A stretch of DNA of 64,000 bases from a virus, in the IMG/VR virus record IMGVR_UViG_3300042402_003740, positions 28,328 through 92,327 of that record; one strand, written 5' to 3'. This document shows, piece by piece, positions 38,139 through 46,790 of this stretch. The notes beneath the pieces are model-generated. The model saw only the letters and a program-made list of their open reading frames with translations, was not told the origin of the DNA and searched no databases. Both the position numbers and the translations under genes were made by a program. Position 1 is the first letter of the stretch, and each line of letters opens with the position of its first letter.

Positions 38139-38164
38139 GCGGGGGCGGCTCCTATTATCGGACC
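38139..38164 (-). repeat. GGTCCGATAATA-GC box copy 4
   Basis: GGTCCGATAATAGGAGCCGCCCCCGC on minus. Confidence 0.7.
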
Positions 38165-38441
38165 CTCCTCTGACCCCGACCTCCGTGCGGTTCTCTGCCA
38201 GGTGCGTGATCTTCTCAAATCCCGAGACGGCTCTTCACTCATTCTGGACTACCGTGTGCGCCGTGCAATTTTTCTGGTGGAATCCAGTCTTGGAGGCTTG
38301 CGGCACGAACGGACGACAGATGAGCACGAGCGGGCATCGGTAATGTAAGAATGGCGTGTACTGGTGTCTCTCCACTCCCCTACACTCTGCAAAAGATACG
38401 AAAGAACAAAAAGAAAGAATCGTAAAATCCGCCTAAAGTTA

Positions 38442-38470
38442 TTGACAGAGAGCCGTTCATAGAGTATACT
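38442..38470 (+). promoter_or_regulatory. Early promoter
   Basis: TTGACA-N17-TATACT. Confidence 0.8.
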
Positions 38471-38557
38471 TTAGGCGTACAAGTGAGGTGCAGCACGGGA
38501 CTGCGGTGCTGCGAAGCCTCAAACTTCAGAGCAGTCGATTGAAAGGTTTGGTCTAGC

Positions 38558-38713
38558 ATGGTCAAGGTCAATTCGAAGTCGGATCTCACTGTCGCCAAGC
38601 GCATCGCTCGCAAGACGGGCAACACCGTTGTGTACAAGGCGAAGGGCAAGCGTGGCACGGGTCGCATCGTCCCGTTCTCGGACGGTCGCATCGTTGTGTT
38701 CGGAACCCGCTAA
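38558..38713 (+). CDS. Small basic protein (51 aa; not in ORF track)
   Basis: MVKVNSKSDLTVAKRIARKTGNTVVYKAKGKRGTGRIVPFSDGRIVVFGTR; early-region codon bias; GAAAGG SD. Confidence 0.7.
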   Translation: MVKVNSKSDLTVAKRIARKTGNTVVYKAKGKRGTGRIVPFSDGRIVVFGTR

Positions 38714-38813
38714 TAGAGCGGGACATCCCATCGGGGTGCGGAGGGGGAAACCCCTCCCCTACCCTTTCGTGTGTTTTGTAAGAATTTCAGTCACCAAAAA
38801 GGAAGGCTCCAAA

Positions 38814-39101
38814 ATGGCTCGTACTCGCAAGAACACCGTCTCTCCCTCCACGATCTCGCTCGACTGGAACCACATTGATGCGGCCCTGAAGTCTGGCCAG
38901 CGTGTTTCGCTCTCGCACCTTGCCCAGGCACACAAGGTTTTCCCCATTGATCTCCGCAAGATTTTCGAGTCCCGCTACGGCGACAAGATTATCTTCAAGC
39001 GTGGGCGTACTGGTGGCGTGTTCTGGAAGTCCAGCACTGCGATTGCTGCCGCCGCTGGTACCCAGTCTGCCCCTGACGAAGAGTTCGTGGCGATGGCGTA
39101 A
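38814..39101 (+). CDS. Hypothetical protein (possible winged-helix DNA binder)
   Basis: AAGGAAGG SD; VSLSHLAQAHKV...FKRGRTGGVFW. Confidence 0.7.
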   Translation: MARTRKNTVSPSTISLDWNHIDAALKSGQRVSLSHLAQAHKVFPIDLRKIFESRYGDKIIFKRGRTGGVFWKSSTAIAAAAGTQSAPDEEFVAMA

Positions 39102-39235
39102 TCCCTTGCCCTGAGCGACGATACGGGTTTCCGCATGGTTGCAACCTGTTCTCATGCCCATGCGTACCTTTGCCATGATGCGGTTTCCCCTCCGATTAGG
39201 GTGGAACGAGGCTCGTATCGTCGCTCGGGAGGGGT
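39102..39235 (+). ncRNA. Putative structured RNA (22-bp closing stem, branched interior)
   Basis: 39110-39131 pairs with 39208-39229 including 4 G.U; inner CGCATGG/CCATGCG. Confidence 0.55.
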
Positions 39236-39350
39236 GGAGCGATCAACGATAATTTTCGAAAAAACAGTAAATCAACGATAACCCCCCCGTTCATGTTTTC
39301 GGCGCATGACCTCGGGGGTATTTTCGCTAAATTTAGGTTCAAAGATAAGA

Positions 39351-39518
39351 ATGATCCCAACACCCCCCACTCCTCCCCCTCCCCCAAAGACAAACGGCTT
39401 CACGGGCTTGGGTGATGCCGCCATGCTTTTTGCAATCATCCTCTTCTTCTGCATCTTTCCGCCAGTATCAGTTCTCCTCATCGTTCTCTGGATTATTGAC
39501 GAGATTCGCCAGAAGTAG
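39351..39518 (+). CDS. Small membrane protein
   Basis: Pro-rich N-terminus and hydrophobic hairpin. Confidence 0.5.
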   Translation: MIPTPPTPPPPPKTNGFTGLGDAAMLFAIILFFCIFPPVSVLLIVLWIIDEIRQK

Positions 39519-39526
39519 GAACCCCT

Positions 39527-39916
39527 ATGGCTGCATCCCAATTCCCAACTCTCCAGTTCACCCCTACCCGTGTACTCTCCACTTGGGCAATGCAGGGTGG
39601 CGCAAGCAACTCTACCGTGGTCTTTACCCTTGTTGGTGACGAAAGGGGGAACACGGGCGTTGTCATTCGCCACCATGCCTATGCGAACACAGGGAACCCA
39701 CTAGAGTTCATGCACGAATTCTGCGTATGGGCCGAGAGCGGAGGCAATGTGGCTATTGCCGAAAACCACATCCTCTCACTAGAGACTGCCCGTGGAGTCT
39801 GGAACCGCTTCACCATTACAAAGCCCACGGCATCGTACAGGGCATGGGTGAGTACCTCTCCTGACCCCTATACCATTCCCCCCGACGAATTCCTCACCAG
39901 TTTCGGAGACTTCTGA
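39527..39916 (+). CDS. ARxxW-family early protein
   Basis: LSLETARGVWNRF. Confidence 0.65.
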   Translation: MAASQFPTLQFTPTRVLSTWAMQGGASNSTVVFTLVGDERGNTGVVIRHHAYANTGNPLEFMHEFCVWAESGGNVAIAENHILSLETARGVWNRFTITKPTASYRAWVSTSPDPYTIPPDEFLTSFGDF

Positions 39917-40266
39917 TGAACACACTCTCCCGTCACGAACGCCTGGTCTACGGCTTGGAGAACAGGGACTGGCGGATCCGCTTCTACCTCAACCCTGATC
40001 CACAGGAGCAGGATACCCGTGTCCACTACACCGCCACCCGACTGGAAGAGGGCGACAACCCCCCGCCATTTGGCGACAGGCTCGACATTGCCGATCCCCA
40101 TTGGACAGGGGAAACCTTTGGATGCCCCGAGATTCGGTTGTGGATTGGCGAGTCGCCCAAGCCTATGTCTATTGCCAATGCCCGACTGGTCTGGGAGTGG
40201 TTGAGCCTTATGGGCTTCACCCCCACAACCCCTGAAACCGTGATCCACACACAGAACGCCTTTTAA
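39916..40266 (+). CDS. ARxxW-family early protein
   Basis: MSIANARLVWEWLSLMGF; TGATG coupling. Confidence 0.7.
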   Translation: MNTLSRHERLVYGLENRDWRIRFYLNPDPQEQDTRVHYTATRLEEGDNPPPFGDRLDIADPHWTGETFGCPEIRLWIGESPKPMSIANARLVWEWLSLMGFTPTTPETVIHTQNAF

Positions 40267-40276
40267 GGAGAATCAC

Positions 40277-40564
40277 ATGAAGAAGAAGTGCCACCCCCAT
40301 AACCACAGCGGCGATCCCGCACTTGACCGCTACATCGGCGTGGAATTCGACTGGTGTGAATCGTGGGAGTGGGACGAGGACACCATGCCCCACGACCTGC
40401 TTGACGAAGAGGGGAATCCTCCCGATGAACTCTGCGGTCTGTGGCGGGTCGATTCGGTGAACGAAGACGGCGAAACCGCCTGGGTGCGGTTCGTGCCGAC
40501 CGATGGCGATCAGCAGATGGAGTTGCCCCTGAGCCTTATCCCTGACCCGAAGGAGACTCTGTGA
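40277..40564 (+). CDS. Acidic hypothetical protein
   Basis: AAGGAG SD; D/E-rich. Confidence 0.7.
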   Translation: MKKKCHPHNHSGDPALDRYIGVEFDWCESWEWDEDTMPHDLLDEEGNPPDELCGLWRVDSVNEDGETAWVRFVPTDGDQQMELPLSLIPDPKETL

Positions 40565-40872
40565 ACCACATGAACTACCGTGAGTGGATGAGCCATGCTG
40601 GTGGTCTTTCCCCCATGACAAGCATCCATACCCTACAGCGTCCCGATGGGGGTCGGGTGGATTTTGTTGTCTCGCCGTCTGGCGACGAGGTTGAGGTCTG
40701 GCCTGATGGGGTATGGGGAGGGGAGTGGGATATTCGGTATGCTGCATCCCGCCCTGAGTGGGATCGGGTTCCCCTGCGACAGCCTCTTCCTGTCGAATGG
40801 GTGCGGGAGTTCTGGAGAGAGTTGACCCGAGACGGGGGATTCACCCTTGTCAACCCCTGTGAGAAGCGGTAG
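40561..40872 (+). CDS. ARxxW-family early protein
   Basis: LPVEWVREFWRELTRDGGF; GTGA overlap. Confidence 0.7.
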   Translation: MNHMNYREWMSHAGGLSPMTSIHTLQRPDGGRVDFVVSPSGDEVEVWPDGVWGGEWDIRYAASRPEWDRVPLRQPLPVEWVREFWRELTRDGGFTLVNPCEKR

Positions 40873-40978
40873 GGTCTGGAAAAAAAGCGGAGGGAATGGA
40901 ATGGTTGCAAATGGTGAGAATATCGAATAATCCCAGAATGATTCCAGTGGAATTTCATTCTTTCTAAATACCGCCCAC

Positions 40979-41007
40979 TTGACCACTCACCCCATACGGG
41001 GTATACT
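40979..41007 (+). promoter_or_regulatory. Early promoter, leaderless mRNA
   Basis: TTGACC-N17-TATACT; ATG 6 nt downstream. Confidence 0.75.
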
Positions 41008-41013
41008 CCAACC

Positions 41014-41388
41014 ATGTCGAACGCCACCCGCAAGACCTATACGCTTATATGGAACAACCCCCGTTCCCCGTGGCACAGGAGGCTCTATCTCCACTTTGTC
41101 TTCCACTCCGAAGGGCAAGTTGAACTGGTCTACAAGCGGTGCTTCATTGACCCTGCCGAACCCGAGAAGTACAGAACGCTGCACATGGGGTACGACGATC
41201 CAGCCACGGGTGCAGAGATCCGCCTGGAACTCCATGATGGGAATTCGCACACTCCCATGCACATTACGAGCCTTCCTGTTGACCATGCCCGTGCGCTGTG
41301 GAAGCACATGACCCGACTGCGGGTGCTGTCTGAAGAGGACACTGGTTGGACTCGCACAACCGAATACGAGAGTACCCGATGCCAGTAA
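41014..41388 (+). CDS. ARxxW-family early protein
   Basis: LPVDHARALWKHM. Confidence 0.7.
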   Translation: MSNATRKTYTLIWNNPRSPWHRRLYLHFVFHSEGQVELVYKRCFIDPAEPEKYRTLHMGYDDPATGAEIRLELHDGNSHTPMHITSLPVDHARALWKHMTRLRVLSEEDTGWTRTTEYESTRCQ

Positions 41389-41732
41389 TGCAAAACTCCC
41401 AACCACCAAAGTCATACGCCACCCACTCGCTTGTTTCGGGTTCTGGTGGAAATCCCAATTGGATCTTGGACTTTGCTCCAAAGAAGAGCGGGTCGATCCA
41501 CACCATGTCCATCATCCTACGGGCATCAAACAACACAACAAAGGGTGGCCTGACCATTACGCTCCCCGAAGACTTGGGAAGGGAGTGGGGCTTTCAGAAG
41601 CAGTCCACTGGAGACTACTGGTTCCAGATTGGCACACACCACCCGATGGACAGACTTGCTGTTGCATTTGCCCGACAGTTTTGGGATTTTCTTGTTTCGC
41701 AAGGATGGAAGCCCGTAAAGGAAGAAGCATAA
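41388..41732 (+). CDS. ARxxW-family early protein
   Basis: LAVAFARQFWDFLVSQGW; TAATG coupling. Confidence 0.7.
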   Translation: MQNSQPPKSYATHSLVSGSGGNPNWILDFAPKKSGSIHTMSIILRASNNTTKGGLTITLPEDLGREWGFQKQSTGDYWFQIGTHHPMDRLAVAFARQFWDFLVSQGWKPVKEEA

Positions 41733-41733
41733 G

Positions 41734-42072
41734 ATGGTTGCGTGGAAGCAGACACAGACAACCTTTGGAATCCGAAAAGGACCGCAGCGGATCGTGTTCA
41801 TGGTTTTGGATCCAGACCGTGTTCGTGTGGTCTACCTTAATGACAGTTCCAAGGATTTCCTTGAGGGGTTTTCGGTTCCCTTGGACTGCGATGAGTGGTG
41901 TTTGAAGAAAGGCTTGGAATCGTTTTTTCTTCCCACCTCAATGGAAACCGAAATACCTGTGCAAGTTGCCCGTGCCATCTGGCGGTGGGTGCTGGGTGAG
42001 GGATGGGAGCGGTATCCGTTTCCTGTGTTTCCCACTCCCTACAAGCATTATTATGCAAATGATTTGAACTGA
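41734..42072 (+). CDS. ARxxW-family early protein
   Basis: IPVQVARAIWRWVLGEGW. Confidence 0.7.
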   Translation: MVAWKQTQTTFGIRKGPQRIVFMVLDPDRVRVVYLNDSSKDFLEGFSVPLDCDEWCLKKGLESFFLPTSMETEIPVQVARAIWRWVLGEGWERYPFPVFPTPYKHYYANDLN

Positions 42073-42085
42073 AAGAAAACACACA

Positions 42086-42367
42086 ATGAACGAAAACCAA
42101 AACACTGAAATGGAAGAGAGCGACATCATCATGGAACAACTCGCCCGAGAGAAGCGTGAGCGTGAGAAGCGCAAGCAGGAGGAGGCAATCATCCTTATGC
42201 TACAGAACGAAGTGGACTCGCTTGGCTATCCACCTGATGACGAGGCATACCGCTATGACCTTGGCGGGGAGGAGTGGATCGACTCCATTACAGGTGCAGA
42301 CACTTGGTATCGGCAGAATGAACACCGACTGCCAAAGCGACAGGTCTGGCGAAGTGGAGCGGATTGA
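42086..42367 (+). CDS. Hypothetical protein
   Basis: Charged helical N-terminus; operonic packing. Confidence 0.65.
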   Translation: MNENQNTEMEESDIIMEQLAREKREREKRKQEEAIILMLQNEVDSLGYPPDDEAYRYDLGGEEWIDSITGADTWYRQNEHRLPKRQVWRSGAD

Positions 42368-42476
42368 GAAAATCCAGTTCTCTCTGGAATCTATCCATTT
42401 GGATTCCCTCCAATACCATTTGGAATAATCCCAAAAGATTCTTCGGCTTTCCAAAAAGAAAGAATGCCCCTTCGAC

Positions 42477-42505
42477 TTGACTGCCCCCTACCCTTGAGGT
42501 ATACT
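42477..42505 (+). promoter_or_regulatory. Early promoter, leaderless mRNA
   Basis: TTGACT-N17-TATACT; ATG 6 nt downstream. Confidence 0.75.
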
Positions 42506-42511
42506 TTAGGC

Positions 42512-42868
42512 ATGGACAAGAACTCCCACAAGACCGCCTCGCAGATGCTCCACCCCGAACTCGCCGCCAAGGGCGATACGAGCGTTGAGATTGCCACGCT
42601 CCGTGTGCAGATGAACACGCTTGAATCACGCAACACTCTTCTCCACGAAGAGGTTCTGCGGCTTCGTGCCGAGCGTGACGAGGTTCAGCGTGAACTCAAT
42701 GCGCTGACGAAGCGCATCGGAGATGCGTCGATCCTGCTCTGCGATTGGGATGGGTACTACAATCCCGAAACGGGGAAGGGCAATGTGGAGGAACTGGCGA
42801 AACTCATTGAGGAGGGATACACCACCCTGCAAGGCAGGAGTTGGCGTGACCCCGAGGAGGGGAAGTGA
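42512..42868 (+). CDS. Coiled-coil hypothetical protein
   Basis: RLRAERDEVQRELN...; start set by the promoter position. Confidence 0.65.
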   Translation: MDKNSHKTASQMLHPELAAKGDTSVEIATLRVQMNTLESRNTLLHEEVLRLRAERDEVQRELNALTKRIGDASILLCDWDGYYNPETGKGNVEELAKLIEEGYTTLQGRSWRDPEEGK

Positions 42869-43149
42869 ACGGACACACAAAGGAACTTGTTCAATGGCTT
42901 CGTGACTTTGCAGACGGCAATGGTGACTCCTTTGAAGCAGATCTACTTGCTAGACTGCATGAAGCCGCCGATGCCATCACCGTACTTGACGAAGCCGTTG
43001 ACTCGCTTATCGTTGAGCGTGATGAGGCATACAAGCGCATCGACGCACTGAAGGAAGGCTTTGAGGGCTGCTGTACTGCCTGTGAACCTGTGGCATTGCA
43101 GAACACCAGACTACTCCAAGAACTACAAGCACTGAAGGGAAACCGATGA
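42865..43149 (+). CDS. Coiled-coil hypothetical protein with CCTAC motif
   Basis: HEAADAI...ERDEA...GCCTACEPV; GTGA overlap. Confidence 0.65.
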   Translation: MNGHTKELVQWLRDFADGNGDSFEADLLARLHEAADAITVLDEAVDSLIVERDEAYKRIDALKEGFEGCCTACEPVALQNTRLLQELQALKGNR

Positions 43150-43556
43150 CGAACAAGACGAACGCCGAGCCGAAGATTGACCTGAAGGAGAAGCAGGGCT
43201 TCTCCGTGCGATGCGAAGCCACGGATCTTCCGCCGAGCAGCGGCATGGACATCAACATGGCGTTTCGTGGCTTCCGCATTACCTTTGTGAACGGCTACAC
43301 CATTTCAGTCCAATTCGGAACGGCTAACTACTGCGAAGACTACAGCAAGGATGTGCCGAAGGGTTGGAAGCAGAGAAAGGAATTCCTTGCCGAAGTCTGT
43401 CCTAATGCAGAGATTGCAATCATCTCTCCAGATGGAAATTTTGTGAGTTTCGGGGACGGAAACGCCGTCCGTGGTCATACCGATCCTGACACCTTTGCAA
43501 AGATTGTCGCATGGGTCGCAGGGCAGAACAGCACCGTGAAGGGAGCAGAGGTCTAA
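43146..43556 (+). CDS. Conserved phage hypothetical protein
   Basis: GFRITFVNGYTISVQFGTANYC...AEIAI. Confidence 0.75.
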   Translation: MTNKTNAEPKIDLKEKQGFSVRCEATDLPPSSGMDINMAFRGFRITFVNGYTISVQFGTANYCEDYSKDVPKGWKQRKEFLAEVCPNAEIAIISPDGNFVSFGDGNAVRGHTDPDTFAKIVAWVAGQNSTVKGAEV

Positions 43557-43805
43557 ATGAACGCAGCACAGCACACACATCTTCGTCTTGTCCGTTCGCA
43601 GAAGGCAACGAAGATGGCTTTCTACAAGTCCGTGCAGTCGTTTCTCCAGTTGCACAAGGAGTACACGCTTCTCCAGACTGCCATGAAGGAGAACATGATG
43701 GACGGCAAGCCCATGTCCATGCCTGACCTTGTGGGGAGCATGGAGCGGGTGAATGGGATTCTCCTTGAGATGGTCGCCTTGAAGAAGGAGATGGACTCAG
43801 AATGA
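43557..43805 (+). CDS. Hypothetical protein
   Basis: Abuts neighbours in the operon. Confidence 0.6.
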   Translation: MNAAQHTHLRLVRSQKATKMAFYKSVQSFLQLHKEYTLLQTAMKENMMDGKPMSMPDLVGSMERVNGILLEMVALKKEMDSE

Positions 43806-44083
43806 GCAAGCAGTACGAACCAAAGGGAAGTTGGACTTCCCCATCGTTTCTCTTTCTGCCGTTCGTGGCTCTTGTGCTTGCCAATCTCAAACTCCTTGGG
43901 GTGATTAACTGGTCTTGGTGGTGGGTCTTGAGTCCACTGGTGTTCCATGCGCTTGGGCTTGGGGTGTTTATCTTTGCGGTTCTCCTCATAGGGGTCGCTC
44001 TAGTTCTCCTAACTACTAGTAAGGCAGTCCGCTTCATGGAAGCAAAGTTCAACTCTTTCGTCGGAGGAAACCACAATGAGTGA
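43802..44083 (+). CDS. Membrane protein (LKLLGVINWSWWWVLSPL family)
   Basis: Two TM segments with a WSWWWV motif. Confidence 0.75.
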   Translation: MSKQYEPKGSWTSPSFLFLPFVALVLANLKLLGVINWSWWWVLSPLVFHALGLGVFIFAVLLIGVALVLLTTSKAVRFMEAKFNSFVGGNHNE

Positions 44084-44615
44084 AGGCACAAACAAGGACT
44101 CGTTTGAACACTTTGAAAAGATGCTCAACGAGTATTTCGCATCCCTGATGAAGAACCTCAACAAGGAGCAGAAGCCGATGGAAGAGAAGAACAACGACAA
44201 CAACATGGTCTGGTTTTCTGCAAGCCCGAAGGACTACGAGTTCTTCTCCGCTCCGCAGAATTTCTGGCCCGGTGACAAGACGGTTGACCCCGCCAATCAG
44301 AGCCAGATCTCGCCAGATCTTCAGGACTTCCTCGCCAACGCAGGAACTCTTCTGTATGATGCCCTGTATATGCCGTTCCGTAATCGGACTGGCCGTCTTG
44401 CAGATTTCTTCGTGTGGGTCGAGAGGGCACGGGATCGTATGGAGCAGAGTGACTTCAACGATACGGATCGTCAGGCATTTGCTGCATGGTGCCAGACCAT
44501 TGCAGATGTTCTCCTGAAGGCGCAGAACAAGCACGGTCTGTGGCTTACCGATAGCGAAGAGGATCTTGTCTCGGTGATGAGCGAAGACATCTTTGAGGGA
44601 AACACCGATGAGTAA
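44076..44615 (+). CDS. Hypothetical protein
   Basis: GGAGG SD; 179 aa. Confidence 0.65.
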   Translation: MSEGTNKDSFEHFEKMLNEYFASLMKNLNKEQKPMEEKNNDNNMVWFSASPKDYEFFSAPQNFWPGDKTVDPANQSQISPDLQDFLANAGTLLYDALYMPFRNRTGRLADFFVWVERARDRMEQSDFNDTDRQAFAAWCQTIADVLLKAQNKHGLWLTDSEEDLVSVMSEDIFEGNTDE

Positions 44616-44755
44616 TCGCAACCTCCACAACGGTTGGCACAGATCCGTGAAGTTCCGTCCTTCGCCTTCGTTTCCCCCATCGTATATCGACAGGTGGTGG
44701 AACCGTCGCCTGAAGAATCAACATTCCCTCACCGCATTCTCACAAAGGAATCTCA

Positions 44756-45046
44756 ATGACTGATACCCAAGAAACTGCCATTCCCATGAAGGACATGATT
44801 CTCTACTCTCTGCGAACATTTCCAGAGACTTCAATCACCTTCACAAAGAAGGACGGCACGGAACGGGTACTCCTCTGCACCCTTTTGGAATCTGCTCTTC
44901 CGCAAAGGGAAGATTCGGATGCCCCGAAGCGGGAACACTCTCCTGATGTACAACCTGTCTGGGATCTTGAAGCCAAGGGTTGGCGTTCTTTCAGATGGGA
45001 TTCTATTGTTTCATTTCGATCAATGCCTAACAAGGAGATCATCTAA
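44756..45046 (+). CDS. WYL_2/DUF2693-like SH3-fold protein
   Basis: ITFTKKDGTERVLLCTL...VWDLEAKGWRSFRWDSI. Confidence 0.8.
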   Translation: MTDTQETAIPMKDMILYSLRTFPETSITFTKKDGTERVLLCTLLESALPQREDSDAPKREHSPDVQPVWDLEAKGWRSFRWDSIVSFRSMPNKEII

Positions 45047-45175
45047 TGACTAACGACACATGGCTTTCGCTTCTGTTCATTGTCTGTGTGGGTATCTGCT
45101 ACGGCAGTCTCATATGGCAAGTGAAGCAGATAGACAACACGGTAAAAGAAATCATAGACCAACTGGAGAAACGAA

Positions 45176-45418
45176 ATGAACGAAACAGAAACGACAACTA
45201 ACTTTGGCTGTGGTGAAGTAAAGGTACATATTCACCCATCGCCAGAAAATCCCAAACGCAAGATTGTTTCGATTCGTGGAATTGATGTCCACGAAGCCTG
45301 TGATGGATACACCCATGACGAACTCCGTGCCATCTCCCGATATCTGGAAAATCTCGCAGACAAAATCCAGTACCAGAATGAAAACGCAATTACAGAAACC
45401 CTTTTCCGACTGGATTGA
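45176..45418 (+). CDS. Hypothetical protein
   Basis: GGAG SD; 80 aa. Confidence 0.55.
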   Translation: MNETETTTNFGCGEVKVHIHPSPENPKRKIVSIRGIDVHEACDGYTHDELRAISRYLENLADKIQYQNENAITETLFRLD

Positions 45419-45474
45419 CCACATCTTTCTCCACCTAGAGAAAAACAAAGTTCGAAGTTTCCTTTTAGGGATAC

Positions 45475-45502
45475 TTGACAAGGCAGAATCCCACGGTATA
45501 CT
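45475..45502 (+). promoter_or_regulatory. Early promoter
   Basis: TTGACA-N16-TATACT. Confidence 0.75.
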
Positions 45503-45587
45503 TGTAGCATCGAATGAGGGAAGACCTACGGTGGACGGCGTAGGGAACCCTTCCACAAACAGCCCGTCCAATTTGGAGACATACAGA

Positions 45588-45986
45588 ATGAGCAACAGCA
45601 ATACTGCCAGCCGCAACCGTAGCCGCAACAGCACGAACAACTGGGGTCACGGAACCGCTACGATCGCCGTGGGCGAGAACGAGTACACCTTCACGACTTT
45701 TGAGGGTCGCTTTGTGTTCCAGAACACCTTCAACGGCAAGCACTACGGTCCCGAGGCTACGCAGACTGACCGTATCACGGCTTACATGAGCAATGGCTAT
45801 ACCATCAATCAGGCTGCTGCGATGAAGATGTTTGGTTGCAAGAACCTTCGTGCAGCGATGAGCGTCATCCGTGCGAAGGTTGAGCGTTTCGGAAACTGGC
45901 GCATCCTTGTCAACGACGAGGGTACGGAGTACAGCATGAAGCGTGTCGTTCTCATCGACCCGCAGGATGCTTCGGAGATTCTCTGA
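45588..45986 (+). CDS. Putative helix-turn-helix protein
   Basis: GGAG SD; YMSNGYTINQAAAMKMFGCKNLRAAMSVIR. Confidence 0.7.
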   Translation: MSNSNTASRNRSRNSTNNWGHGTATIAVGENEYTFTTFEGRFVFQNTFNGKHYGPEATQTDRITAYMSNGYTINQAAAMKMFGCKNLRAAMSVIRAKVERFGNWRILVNDEGTEYSMKRVVLIDPQDASEIL

Positions 45987-46332
45987 TTCAGCAATGCTGC
46001 CACTTCACAGGCAGCATGATTCGGGCTTGCATGGGAGAAATCCCATGCAGACCTTTCCATTACGGCGGTGAAAGTTACTCACTGGCAACTACGAACCGTG
46101 GAGGTGTCAAATGCGCTACAGTATTCATTAACCGTCAGTATATGGGTTATATTATTATTCGGTGTCTTGTGGTTGCAAACACAGGACTTGGGGTACGCCG
46201 AGGAGAGAAACTCCGTCCCGCCGATAGAAGGCTTGTCCAAGGTGGTCGAGAACAGCCACCAACATGAATCCCCCTGTGGGCATGGGACAAACTAGTTCTC
46301 TGCACCGAATAGGGTGCAGCGTATATTTGAAG

Positions 46333-46363
46333 AGGCAGTACGGGAAACCGTACTGCCTTTTTT
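46333..46363 (+). terminator. Rho-independent terminator
   Basis: GGCAGTACGG-GAAA-CCGTACTGCC followed by a T-run. Confidence 0.85.
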
Positions 46364-46408
46364 TGTTTTGGTACTCTCCACTTCGCACCATTTGGGGAGA
46401 ACGGGGAA

Positions 46409-46461
46409 GGTCCGATAATATCAGCCGCCCCGACCTAACAGCAGGCTCCATAAGGGTTTAC
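46409..46461 (+). promoter_or_regulatory. Compound element copy 5 (left palindrome arm degenerate)
   Basis: GGTCCGATAATATCAGCCGCCCCG...AAGGGTTTAC, upstream of TTGACT-N16-TACACT at 46515. Confidence 0.6.
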
Positions 46462-46571
46462 GGAGGGAATAATGCGGGGAACCGAAAGCCTAAATCTATT
46501 TGTGAAGCAGAGTCTTGACTCTTGAAAAATGCTGTATACACTATACGGCACACACAGCACAGGAGCATACC

Positions 46572-46787
46572 ATGTCAAAACGGACAATCCTCTTTATCGA
46601 CCCTCCGTCTGGTTGGAAATACGGCTTTCCAAAAGAAGCACCGTCGAATCTCCGATTGATGGAGGCTACCGACCTAAATAACTGGTTGGTTGAAAACGGC
46701 TATCCGCTGAATGAGATCCAGTACTGGACAGATTCTCCAAAATTTGGTGGAGTTCCCTGTAGATTTTTTGAAATGGAGGAAGAGTAA
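46572..46787 (+). CDS. Conserved phage hypothetical protein
   Basis: IDPPSGWKYGFPK...WLVENGYP. Confidence 0.75.
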   Translation: MSKRTILFIDPPSGWKYGFPKEAPSNLRLMEATDLNNWLVENGYPLNEIQYWTDSPKFGGVPCRFFEMEEE

Positions 46788-46790
46788 ATC

